64,000 nucleotides of DNA from Octopus vulgaris (Eukaryota). Below the pieces are notes generated by a model. The model was not told the DNA's origin and searched no databases. It saw only the letters and a program-made list of their open reading frames with translations. Within the stretch, counting starts at the first letter, position 1; every line of letters begins with the position of its first letter. This document shows positions 52,500-64,000 of this stretch, one piece after another. The stretch is from the NCBI GenBank assembly GCA_951406725.2, contig OX597840.1, positions 9,796,001-9,860,000 on the forward strand. Direction: 5' to 3'. Both the position numbers and the translations under genes were made by a program.

Positions 52500-53840
52500 C
52501 AGCCAAAAGAAGAAGTTGCTCCAATGTAGAAGAAGACATCGGTTCCCGAAAAAATTTTGCACTGGTAAATGGTGTTTCTAATTTAGGAATTTTTGGATAG
52601 GAACTTTAATCTGTTGGGGTTAACATCCGATACTAAGACAGAGTTTTTATTGTTATGATAGGTGTAAATTTTGTTGCTAGCATTGGCCACGATACTATTC
52701 ATTATCATTACTATCATTATCATTACTATTAATTGTAATATCGTCGGCAATTTCTCTGACTATAGGAATGCTGTGCAAAATTTCTTCGGGAACCGATGTC
52801 TTCTTCTACATTGGAGCAACTTCTTCTAAATTAGCCCAAAGGATATCCAACCATTACTCAACTTTCAGAGGTAAGAGAAAACAACACAGCACGGGACTAA
52901 GTAAATTAGTTTGGCGTCTGAAGGACAGCAATACAACTTTTAAACTGGAATGGTCCATATTGTCGGTATCCTTCCCGTTTGACAAGGGCAGAAAACATTG
53001 CGGCGTCTGTAATTCCGAACTTTTTCATATTTTGTTCGCCAAAGTCCCTTTAATAAATACAATTGTCGAGAGGTCCTACAGATGCATGCACTGGCAAAAA
53101 CACACCTTTCAATCATATGAATAATGATTAATATAGTTAACCCCTTGAATTTTAATTAATATAACTATTTTTTATATATTTCACCCCCATAGTCAAAAAA
53201 TTCTTTTTATACTTTCAAAGAACTACTACTCAATCCAGTGAGTATGTGTTACCTTTGTCCCTATACCTCGCCCTCCTCTTTCTCTCTCTATTTCCCTCTA
53301 TCTATAGTAAGCACATTTAAACACACAGACACAAACCGTTCACCTCAACACTGTCTGTTTTCTGACACCCACCCATCCACAAACACAATCACGCACACAC
53401 ATACACACACACACACATTAATGCCGTTATATACAGTCACACACACAGACACTCACTCACAAAAGAAAATTCACCATTCATTTGAACTGCACCCTTTCAC
53501 CTTCCTATTCTTATGCCTCTCTTCTCCTACTTCGTTTGAACCCTTGAACCTTTAGAACCTTCTAGATTCTTCTACATCCAACCATTTTGACGTCACTCCT
53601 TATAAAGGAATTTTTTAAAGAGACACTCATTATCACTATGGGCTCCGTGTGAGCAGTCATCTAAAAGTTTTTTGTGCATCTTGATGTTGACATAAGTTCC
53701 TTGCTTTTCCTGATGAGAAAGCGGCATAATATACTCCTTATTCCTTCGCAATTAGGAATATGCAGCCTTCGAAACATATGTCGAAAATAAAGGAATTTTG
53801 TTAATTTGTCGTTCAACTCCATTCTTTCATATATTTATAT
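52500..53840 (+). mobile_element. 5'-truncated Penelope-like retroelement: GIY-YIG endonuclease end, 3' pLTR region with hammerhead, and an inverted 5' piece
   Basis: ORF 52768-53124 (FYIGATSSKLAQRISNH...STGLSKLVWRLKD...LEWSIL...CGVCNSE) resembles the PLE GIY-YIG C-terminus. 52500-52700 is an inverted overlapping fragment reading IYQCKIFSGTDVFFYIG on the minus strand. Confidence 0.8.
53686..53805 (+). ncRNA. Type I hammerhead ribozyme (Penelope pLTR type), core intact
   Basis: CUGAUGA (53710-53716); helix II GAAAGCGGCAUA/UAUGCAGCCUUC; GAAAC-AUAU-GUC with predicted cleavage after 53782; long helix I guugacauaaguuccuugcuuuuc / gaaaauaaaggaauuuuguuaau. Confidence 0.75.
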
Positions 53841-53943
53841 TTTTAAAATAAACATACAAATTTCCACACGAAAGCACGTAACTTCAAACGTGTCTTCTCT
53901 GATGTTAACCGAATTATCCTTAACAAGATAATTCATTCAACTA

Positions 53944-54009
<66 letters not shown>

Positions 54010-54550
54010 TTTACGACGGGCTTCTTTCAGTTTCCGTCTACCAAATCCATTCACAGGGCTTTGGTCGGCCCGAGGCTATAGTAGAAGACGCTAGCCCAAG
54101 GTGCCACGCAGTGGGACTGAACCCGGAACCATATGGTTGGTAAACAAGCTACTTACCACACAGCCACTCCTGCGCCGCCTATTTTATAGATTTCAATCAT
54201 ATTTAATTGCATTTAAATTGTTTTTCATAATTAAAAAAAAAAAATTCTTTAATTTTTTTTAAAAAATTTATTTTTTTATTTTCGTTTTTTTTTTTTAAAC
54301 TTTTTTTTTAATTATGAAAAACCATTGTTTCGACCCTTTAGAATTGGAATTTTTTTAAAAGTAAAAATTTTGCATTATGTAGCTTGTTATTCTCTTTAAG
54401 TGAACATTTTTCTGGTTGAAATACACCGTAAAATGGCGACACAGTTGTCAAAAAAAGTAAAAAAAGTTTAAAAAAATTCTTGAATTTTTTTAAAAATTCA
54501 TTTTTTTATTTTCGTTTTTTTCTTCTTTTTTTACTTTTTTTCTTTGATAG

Positions 54551-55635
54551 AATCAGACCCGGAAATCAACGGAGAATTTTAACGCAACAACAGAAGTGGG
54601 CGGAGGAGCAAGAGTCGTGTACGATGACGATGATGACAACGGTCAAGATGATGACGATGATGACAGCAGCGACGATGGTGAGAAGGAGGAGTCACTGACA
54701 GCCATTCTGTTCCCTTTGCCCCTGAAGTTCAAGCTGCCGTCGCCCCCAACATCGTCATCGTCAGCATCGTTGATAACGACCCTGTCCTCATCGTCGACCC
54801 TCGCGATATCGCCGCCACCGCCGCCGCCGCCGCCGCCGCCGTCATCGCCGCAAGAGTCCCCACCGTCGCCGTCATCACCGCTGGAATCGCCGCCGACGTC
54901 GCCGACGCCGTGTACGTCAACATGTCAGTACCATGCTAGTGGTACGTCGTCACCACCGTCCTGCACTTGCGTAGTCTTCCCATCGTCGTCATCATCGTCG
55001 TTGTCGTCATCGTCGTCATCGTTATCGTTGGTAGGAGCGGCAGCAGCGTCATCACGACGTCGACGTCGACGAAAACGGCAACCACCACCACTACCGCCAC
55101 CACCGCCAACAACACTACCACCAAAACAACAACCACTACCACCACCACCATCATCGAGAGCAGAGGGAGGTGACGCAGACATGGCGGTTCTGGCGCAGCC
55201 TTTTGACCTCCAGTCCCCTTTGACCGAAATCGATATGTTGCGGGCGCAACAAAGAGAAAAGTCTGCCGAAATAATGGCACTGAAGAACGAGCTGGACAAC
55301 CGCAGGTGTCGGCTGCAGACAATGGAAAAAGTCCACGAGGAATTGAACGCATTCAAGATAGACGCCGAGAAGCAGAAGATGGTGCGGGCCGCTGACATTC
55401 TTGCGATGGAGAAGGATTTCCAACAACTGTCGAAAAGGCACGACCGCCTGATGAACGTCAAGGACTCTGTGAAGGAGAAGAACCGTTTGCTGGAAGAGAG
55501 GATTTCCCAGATGAGCGTCGAGAACCCCACCAAGTTGTCCAAAGTGCTCAAAGAGAAGAGCCTGTTGGTACAGCAGCTGAACAAAAGCGTTGCGAAGACA
55601 AAACTGAAGTTGAAAAACCTGGAGACAGTTTACAG
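54551..55635 (+). CDS. CCDC89: CCDC89-like coiled-coil protein, large exon (low-complexity N-terminal part plus start of the coiled coil)
   Basis: Long polypyrimidine tract and tag| acceptor; donor AG|GTAAAT (phase 2). TEIDMLRAQQREKSAEIMALK and MEKDFQQLSKRHDRLMNVKDSVKEKNRLLEE..EN..LSKVLKEK align by eye with human CCDC89 as I recall it ([63 protein letters not shown]). Confidence 0.75.
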
Positions 55636-55712
55636 GTAAATATATACTTATATATGTAACCCCCACCACACACACATGGGTAATATATCTATCTATCTAT
55701 CTATATCTATCT

Positions 55713-55789
<77 letters not shown>

Positions 55790-55943
55790 AAATGGATAAA
55801 TGAATTATCATGTTACGGATTATTCAAATTATAACCGATACCTGGGTAGCAAAAATCACAACAGAAAAATCACGGTTGAGGTTACGACCATGGGGTATCG
55901 CAACCGTGCCTTAGTGCGGATAATTGAAGTTTTATATATTCAC

Positions 55944-55974
<31 letters not shown>

Positions 55975-55978
<4 letters not shown>

Positions 55979-56306
55979 GTAAAATATGAAAATCAACGAA
56001 AATGCATATTGCAAATAAAAAAAAGGCTATTTATGACAGGTAACGACAAATATATACACATTTAGATTGACCGAGGTAGTAATACGAGTCATAAAGGTCA
56101 TTATTATGAGATGATTATAAGATGATAATAAAGTAAGAGAACAAAACTTTATTATCATCTTATAATCATCTCATAATAATGACTTTTATGACTCGTATTA
56201 CTACCTCAGTCAATCTAAATGTGTATATATTTGTCGTTACCTGTCATAAATAGCCTTTTTTCTATTTGCAATATGCACTTTCGTTGATTTTTCATATTTT
56301 ACCCTT
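55975..56306. repeat. Fold-back palindrome (~160-bp arms, 11-nt loop) in a CCDC89-like intron
   Basis: Near-perfect reverse complement centred on aagagaacaaa (~56135-56145). Confidence 0.92.
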
Positions 56307-56540
56307 ACATTTCCACATGTATTTTATATTTCCTTTTCGTAACATGGGAGTCATTATGTTTTAAAGCCTTATTAATTAACGCACTCACCTGTTCGATTTC
56401 CACATATATGCTTATTTATTTTTTCTAAAATTTTCGTTGCTTCTTGCAACGTCTTCAATAGTCATTGACTCTGTACATTATCCGAGCTGCGTTCTTTTGT
56501 TTGTTTGTGTGTGTGTGCGTCAGTGTGCATGTGTATACAC

Positions 56541-56541
<1 letters not shown>

Positions 56542-56571
<30 letters not shown>

Positions 56572-56975
56572 TGTATGTATGTATGTTTGTATGTATGTAT
56601 GTATGTATGTATGTATGTATGTATGTATGTTTGTATGTATGTATGTTTGTATGTATGTATGTATGTATGTATTTATGTATGTATGTATGTATGTATGTAT
56701 GTTTGTATGTATGTATGTATTATGTATGTATGTATGTATGTATGTATGTATGTATGTATGTATGTATTTATGTATGTATGTATGTATTATGTATGTTTGT
56801 ATGTATGTATGTATGTATGTATGTATGTATGTTTGTATGTATGTATGTATGTTTGTATGTATGTATGTATGTATGTATGTATGTATGTATGTATGTATGT
56901 ATGTATGTATGTATGTTTGTATGTATGTATGTATGTATGTATGTATGTATGTATGTTTGTATGTATGTATGTATG

Positions 56976-57006
<31 letters not shown>

Positions 57007-57035
57007 TTGTATGTATGTATGTATGTATGTATGTA

Positions 57036-57066
<31 letters not shown>

Positions 57067-57454
57067 ATGTATGTATGTATGTATGTATGTATGTTTGTAT
57101 GTATGTATGTATGTATGTATGTATGTATGTATTATGTATGTATGCATGTATGTATGTATGTATGCATGTATGTATGTATGTATGCATGTATGTATGTATG
57201 CATGTATTATGTATGTATCTATGTATGTATGTATGTATGTATGTATGTATGTATGTATGCATGTATGCAAGTATGTATGTATGTACGTATGTATGTATGT
57301 ATTTATGTTTGTATGTATGTATGTATGTATGTTTGTATGTATGTATGTATGTATGTAAGTATGCATGCATGTATGTATGTATGTATCTGTGTATTATGTA
57401 TGTATGTATGTATGTATGCATGTATGTATGTATGTTTGTATGTATGTGTGTATG

Positions 57455-57486
<32 letters not shown>

Positions 57487-57665
57487 TGTATGTATGTATG
57501 TATGTATGTATGTATGTATGTTTGTATGTATGTATGTATGTATGTTTGTATGTATGTATGTATGTATGTTTGTATGTATGTATGTATGTTTGTATGTATG
57601 TATGTTTGTATGTATGTATGTATGTATGTATGTATGTATGTATGTATGTATGTATGTATGTATGC
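56542..57665. repeat. ~1.1-kb (ATGT)n tetranucleotide repeat
   Basis: Directly visible; intronic. Confidence 0.95.
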
Positions 57666-57747
57666 CCGCATTGAAAATCACCTCGTCAGAACCTCGAAGT
57701 GTGTGAGAATAAAGCTATGGTAGCAAGCGTTTGTGTTTGTATTACAG

Positions 57748-57872
57748 CCAGAAACTGTTTGAAGTAGAAAACAACTCGGAGCTGGAGAGGGCCAAACTAT
57801 TGCAGTCGGTGCATACGCGGACTAAATATGAATTAAAAAAGAAAATAGACTCAGCCAAAACGGAAATGGAAG
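57748..57872 (+). CDS. CCDC89: CCDC89-like internal exon (SQKLFEVENNSELERAKLLQSVHTRTKYELKKKIDSAKTEME)
   Basis: ttacag| acceptor, G|GTAAGA donor, phase 2 in and phase 1 out, no stop codons, helical composition. Absent from the ORF track. Confidence 0.82.
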
Positions 57873-58502
57873 GTAAGACTACGGCGCAGTTTACCGTCTT
57901 TTAACTCCTTGTCACCAAGCTCCCCAACGTCGCCTCTCGTTCTCTGATACAAACTTTCTGTTTTAAAATGATTGAAAGCTAAACCTTCCGTAAAAATTTC
58001 AGAGATAGCCGTAACAAGCGATGTAGTAGCACTGCTAACACAGTAGAACACAGGATTGGCTTATAAAAACGTTCAATATATTTTGTAGTATGTATGCATG
58101 CATGTATGTATGTATGTATGCATGTATGTAAGTATGCATGTATGTAAATCTGATTATTTCTATGTCCCCGTGCGGTTAAACCATTGGGAGTGAAGGACTC
58201 CTATCCTTTGTTAGGGCATCCTTCTAGGAGAAGGTAACTCAGGTAACTGGGATAACTCCGACATAAGACCTGCGGCTCAGTGGTTACCAATGATGTTGAC
58301 TTGTTCTTGTTGCATAACGAAATACGGTGTCCCTACACATCATAAATGTTAATTTATGTCTTTAACGCTGGCTTAATGACAAAGTTATTTCATTAAATTC
58401 CAAAATTAATTGAAACAAAGGCATCGTAATTCGGCAGAAATATAACACGCTCATACACGTATAGAAAGTTGCATGGACAATATACATACATACTTACATA
58501 TA

Positions 58503-58905
58503 TAGGCGCAGGAGTGGCTGCGTGGTAAGTAGCTTGCTAACCAACCACATGGTTCCGGGTTCAGTCCCACTGCGTGGAATCTTGGGCAAGTGTCTTCTGC
58601 TATAGCCCCGGGCCGACCAATGCCTTGTGAGTGGATTTGGTAGAAGCCTGTCGTATATATGTATATATATATAAGTGTGTGTGTATATGTTTGTGTGTCT
58701 GTGTTTGTCTCCCTAGCATTGCTTGACAACCGATGCTGGTGTGTTTACGTCCCCGTCACTTAGCGGTTCGGCAAAAGAGACCGATTAAATAAGTACTGGG
58801 CTTACAAAGAATAAGTCCTGGGGTCGATTTGCTCGACTAAAGGCGGTGCTCCAGCATGGCCGCAGTCAAATGACTGAAACAAGTAAAAGAGTAAAAGAGT
58901 AAAAG
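58503..58905 (+). mobile_element. SINE family A
   Basis: Full-length match. Confidence 0.85.
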
Positions 58906-59214
58906 AATATATACTGTAATAGATTTGTCAGAGGAAGGAGAGTAGAATTATTGATATTTTTTAAGACTTCTAAAACTGGTGCGAGGAAAATATCTTGAAA
59001 CTGAAATTCTGGGACCCGAATGATTGCTTCAGAGAGAACTTTGTTTAAGGTATCTAAGGGAAAGGTGGAGGTATTAAACAGGTGTCAGGAATAGGCGACT
59101 AGCTGGCAGAATCGTTAGCACGCCGGGCGAAATGCTTCGCGGTAATTCGTCTGCCGCTACGTTCTGAGTTCAAATTCCGCCGAGGTCGACTTTGCCTTTC
59201 ATCCTTTCGGACGG

Positions 59215-59278
<64 letters not shown>

Positions 59279-59507
59279 ACACAAACTTATATATATATGT
59301 ATATATAAATATGGGGATGGTATTATTTAAATACCCTCACTATATGTAAGCGAATTATTAGCCTTACAGGCAAATTAATAAAATATATACATACAATATT
59401 AGATATGTACATATATACACAAGGGTACTACATGAGTACCTATATCGCTAATGATAGAAGTCGAAAAATACTTCTGTACCACCGAAAAGTCACAAATCTA
59501 TTAGACA

Positions 59508-59565
<58 letters not shown>

Positions 59566-59773
59566 GAGGAGGAGAAAATTCTTATGAATTAACTCTGAAA
59601 TTGGGACCAATACGGTAATAACGGAATTTTTTAGAAATTTCTATCGGTTTGTTTCGAGACGCATGTTAATCGTGATAAATTATAATGGTTATTGACAATT
59701 TGTCTATTTTCGGCATATTTGGCATTAGAATTTTTTTTCTTTTGCCCATATTTTATAAGTTATATATATATAC

Positions 59774-59854
<81 letters not shown>

Positions 59855-60160
59855 CGTGATCACCGTAACCGACCAGGCCATCAGATGTTGTTACACATCG
59901 CTGGTCACAATGCGCTTCGCATTGTTTTAGCCTTCAAATGACGCCACCCCGGTGGCTAAGTGAGCAGGCCAACAGAAGAAAGAGTGAGAGAAAGTTGTGG
60001 CGAAAGAGTACAGCAGGGATCGCCACCACCCCCTGCTGGAGCCTCGTGGAGCTTTAGGTGTTTTCGCTCAATAAACACTCACAACGCCCGGTCTGGGAAT
60101 CGAAACTGCGATCCTACGACCGCGAGTCCGCTGCCCTAACCACTAGGCCATTGCGTGTAT

Positions 60161-60199
<39 letters not shown>

Positions 60200-60569
60200 G
60201 GACGGGTTTCTTTCAGTTTCTGTCTACCAAATCCACTCACAAGGCTTTGGTCGGACCGAGGCTATAGTAGAAGACACAGGTGGTAACATACAGCCATGCT
60301 GGGTGAGAAACCATGATGTAGGGAAAGTATCTTGTATGATGTTTTATGCCTTGGAATATAAAGCAGTTTAGAACGTATTGAGAAGGCTGGAGGTCCATAT
60401 TTTAGCAATCCCCTACATTCATAGGTATTAGAATATATTTTTTATGCAACAACAATAAAAACGGGAACAACAATAACAACAAACTATTCACGAAGTCTAG
60501 AAGCGAATGCAATATTTGTTGTCTGTGCTTTCTAAGTTGTTTTTTTTTCTTTCTAAAATCTGAAACCAG

Positions 60570-60706
60570 TTAACCAGAAAGCTTTGAAAGAAGCAGTCAT
60601 GGAAAGGAAGAAAAACGAAGAAGAAAATTTTCGAAGGCGAGACCTGTTGATTAAACAGAGGTACGAAGCAGAGAGAAGAACTGAGGAACTCTGTCAACAG
60701 ATAAAA
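60570..60706 (+). CDS. CCDC89: CCDC89-like internal exon (VNQKALKEAVMERKKNEEENFRRRDLLIKQRYEAERRTEELCQQIK)
   Basis: T-rich tract and ccag| acceptor, AAA|GTGAGG donor, phase 1 in and phase 0 out, coiled-coil composition. Confidence 0.78.
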
Positions 60707-60821
60707 GTGAGGAATTTGCAAGCGTCGTCTTACGTCTTTTAATGCTTTTACTTCTTTCTGTCATTGGACTGCGGCCTTGCTGGAGCATCGCCGATCTCGG
60801 TACTCGCCATGAATTATTGTA

Positions 60822-61605
60822 AGGCGGCGAGCCAGCAAAAACGTTAGCACGCCGGGCGAAATGCGTAGCCGTATTTCGTCTGCTGTTACGTTCTGAGTTC
60901 AAATTCAGCTGAGGTCGACTTTGTCTTTCATCCTTTCGGGATCGATAAATTAAGTACCAGTTACGCACTGGGGTCGATATAATCGACTTAATCCGTTTAT
61001 CTGTCCTTGTTTGTCCCCTCTGTGTTTAGCCCCTTGTAGGTAGTAAAGAAATAGGTATTTCGTCTGCCGCTACGTTCTGAGTTCAAATTCCGCCGAGGTC
61101 GACTTTGCTTTTCATCCTTTCGGGGTCGATAAATTAAGTACCAGTTACGCACTGGGGTCGATCTAATCGACTTAATGCGTTTATCTGTTTTTGTTTGTCC
61201 CCTCTGTGTTTAGCCCCTTGTGGGTAGTAAAGAAATAGGTATTTCGTCTGCCACTACGTTCTGAGTTCAAATTTCGCCGAGGTCATCTTTGTCTTTCATC
61301 CTTTCGGGGTCGATAAATTAAGTACCAGTTACGCACTGGGGTCGATCTAATCGACTTAATGCGTTTATCTGTCCTTGTTTGTCCCCTCTGTGTTTAGCCC
61401 CTTGTGGGTAGTAAAGAAATAGGTATTTCGTCTGCCACTACGTTCTGAGTTCAAATTCCGCCGAGGTCAACTTTGCCTTTCATCCTTTCGGGGTCGATTA
61501 AATAAGTACCAGTTACGCACTGGAGTCGATATAATCGACTTAATCCGTGTGTCAGTCCTTGCTTGTCCTCTCTGTGTTTAGCCCCTTGTAGGTAGTAAAG
61601 AAATA
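60822..61605 (+). mobile_element. SINE family B multimer (one head plus four ~179-bp body units)
   Basis: gtatttcgtctgcc...gtaaagaaatag repeated four times. Confidence 0.9.
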
Positions 61606-62030
61606 GATTACATCACAACACACCACCCACACATCCATCCCAACATCTCCACACCCACACATACATACACACACACGTCCAGACCACCAGCCTCCTTTCA
61701 CACGCACATACATACTCTATTATACACACACGGACCTTTGTGTTGGGGGCTCCTTCGTATTGGAAGTCACTTGACCCTGTTATCTCCCCCACTGTCCCTC
61801 TCGCGTCTGACCATTCTGTCCGAAGTCAGACGCCATGATAGATCGTTAGCCACTACACGCATTTTTTTTCTCTCCTTGTTATTTCTGTGTCCCTTTCTGT
61901 GGAAGAGCGTAGGCTCGAAACGTAAAAGACTTTTTCTATTCCTGAGCGCTATACTAATATATTTGTTTGTTTGTACACCACCTACCTTCGTCTTTTGTTT
62001 ATTTTCGTAAACTTTCCCTTTATATATATA

Positions 62031-62415
62031 TAGGCGCAGGATTGGCTGTGTGGTAAGTAGCTTGCTAACCAGCCACGTGGTTCCGGGTTCAGTCCCACTG
62101 CGTGGAATCTTGGGCAAGTGTCTTCTGCTATAGCCCCGGGCCGACCAAAGCCTTGTGATTGGATTTGGTAGACGGAAACTGAAAGAAGACCGTCGTATAT
62201 ATATCTATATGTGTGTGTTTGTGTGTCTGTGTTTGCCCCCCTAGCATTGCTTGGCAACCGATGCTGGTGTGTTTACGTCCCCGTCACTTAGCGGTTCGGC
62301 AAAAATGACCGATAGAATAAGCACTGGGCTTACAAAGAATAAGTCCCGGGGTCGATTTGCTCGACTAAAGGCGGTGCTCCAGCATGGCCGCAGTCAAATG
62401 ACTGAAACAAGTAAA
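62031..62415 (+). mobile_element. SINE family A
   Basis: Full-length match; very similar to the 58503 copy. Confidence 0.85.
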
Positions 62416-62641
62416 AAAATATTTTATACTTATATTTTCCTTGTCTAATTACATTTACTGTATATTTTGTATAATGCCTTTACTGATATGTAATGGTGTA
62501 ATAAAGTATTGATTGGGTATCATCTGATGGTTGATGTTTTATTGATTTAAGTATGTTTCTCCATTTTCTAATTTTGTAGTTATATACATACATACATACA
62601 TACATACATTCATACATATTTATATATGTGTATATGTATAT

Positions 62642-62673
<32 letters not shown>

Positions 62674-62677
62674 TTGT

Positions 62678-62719
<42 letters not shown>

Positions 62720-62775
62720 AAATGAATAAATATCAGATAATAAAGTGAAAGAGCTATTCTTATTTGTCTCTGAAG

Positions 62776-62858
62776 GAGGTGAAAGCGGACAGAATGCAAC
62801 ACGAAAAAGATTACTTGGAGGTGAAGAAGAAATACATGACGATCAAAGGAGGATTCAT
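62776..62858 (+). CDS. CCDC89: CCDC89-like internal exon ([27 protein letters not shown]); gene continues beyond the window
   Basis: tctgaag| acceptor, AT|GTAAGT donor, phase 0 in, matching the previous exon. Confidence 0.75.
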
Positions 62859-62880
62859 GTAAGTTTCCGCATCATCTTTA

Positions 62881-62973
<93 letters not shown>

Positions 62974-63331
62974 GAGAGTTGCTTATTTGCAAAATAAAAA
63001 AAATAAAAAAAGAAATATAACATGTGACTTCATTGACTGAGGTTACCGTGGTCTTTTCCGTAGGCTTTTTTTCCACGGGTAAACCTCACCTGTCCTCCCC
63101 TTTACACTTCATATTGACATTTCTGTGATAACGATCCCTATTGATCAATTCCCCCCGCTTTAAAAAAAAAATTTTTTTTTATTTTATCCCCCCTCTTTTT
63201 GTCCTCTTTCTTTCCATTTACGATCCCTTTTGATCGAAAACCAAACCCCCTTCTTTTACCCCCAAAAGAAAAGCTCTACCTTGTAATTTTGTCCTGTCTG
63301 TGTGCAGCCCTGTGTGGCTAATAAAGAAACA

Positions 63332-63430
<99 letters not shown>

Positions 63431-63659
63431 ACTTTATAATTAGGGTTCAGCAAATTTGCTTTACCACATACCGAAGTTTAGAAATAGCAGTAAAAAACCT
63501 TAGCTATTTCTTCTACTTTAAAAAGGGACTCCCAGATAAACCAAAATACTTCTGGGAGTCCTTTTTTAAAGTAGAAGAAATAGCTAAGGTGTTTTGACTG
63601 CTATTTCTAAACTTTGGTATGTGGTAAAGCAAATCTTTGCTGAACCCTAATTATAAAGT
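63431..63659. repeat. Fold-back palindrome (~105-bp arms)
   Basis: actttataattagggttcagcaaa...gactcccaga pairs with tctgggagtc...tgctgaaccctaattataaagt. A single-arm relative lies at ~12950-13010. Confidence 0.9.
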
Positions 63660-63765
63660 ATTACTTAAGTTTAACCGTGAAATGGCCCATTTTTATGCCG
63701 AATTTTACTTGGTGAAATTATTGATTACTTCTTAATTAATTAATTTTACCCTTTGTTATTATATA

Positions 63766-63834
<69 letters not shown>

Positions 63835-64000
63835 GTACTTGTATATGTATATGTGTGTGTTTGTGTGTAGTGTACTCCTATAACTATGTGTGCATGTTCT
63901 CTCCTTTTCTCGTTTTCCTTTCTGTTGAAGAGCGTAGGCTCGAAACGTAAAAGACTGTCTCACCCTTCCGAGCGTTAAACTAATACACCTGTTTGTTGTT

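Noticed and set aside
54729-55675. Antisense ORFs over the CCDC89-like exon
   Set aside because: Shadow frames of GC-rich coding and triplet sequence.
56437-57723. Up to 428-aa MYVC-repeat ORFs
   Set aside because: (ATGT)n microsatellite within an intron.

Overview
Repeat-rich eukaryotic DNA whose SINE, RTE-tail and microsatellite content resembles an octopus (coleoid cephalopod) genome. I can reconstruct three genes from splice signals and reading phase. (1) A 28-nt first coding exon, MADKIDMSL|, of an ALYREF/THOC4-type mRNA-export adaptor (minus strand, 8910-8937); the rest runs off the left edge. (2) A complete two-coding-exon SNAP47 gene (minus, 32378-31406 and 29411-29137, 415 aa). (3) A CCDC89-like coiled-coil gene (plus, five phase-compatible exons from 48989 to 62858, continuing off the right edge). 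The rest is tRNA-derived SINEs, CR1/RTE LINE remnants, a mariner remnant, piggyBac-, pogo- and hAT-type MITEs, a non-autonomous Helitron, a Penelope-like GIY-YIG fragment, many short-loop fold-back palindromes and mini/microsatellites. The most notable unannotated signal is a set of about ten type I hammerhead-ribozyme motifs from about five sequence families. One has an intact core and a long helix I and lies in sense orientation inside intron 1 of the CCDC89-like gene. All assignments were made by eye; no searches or folding programs were run.
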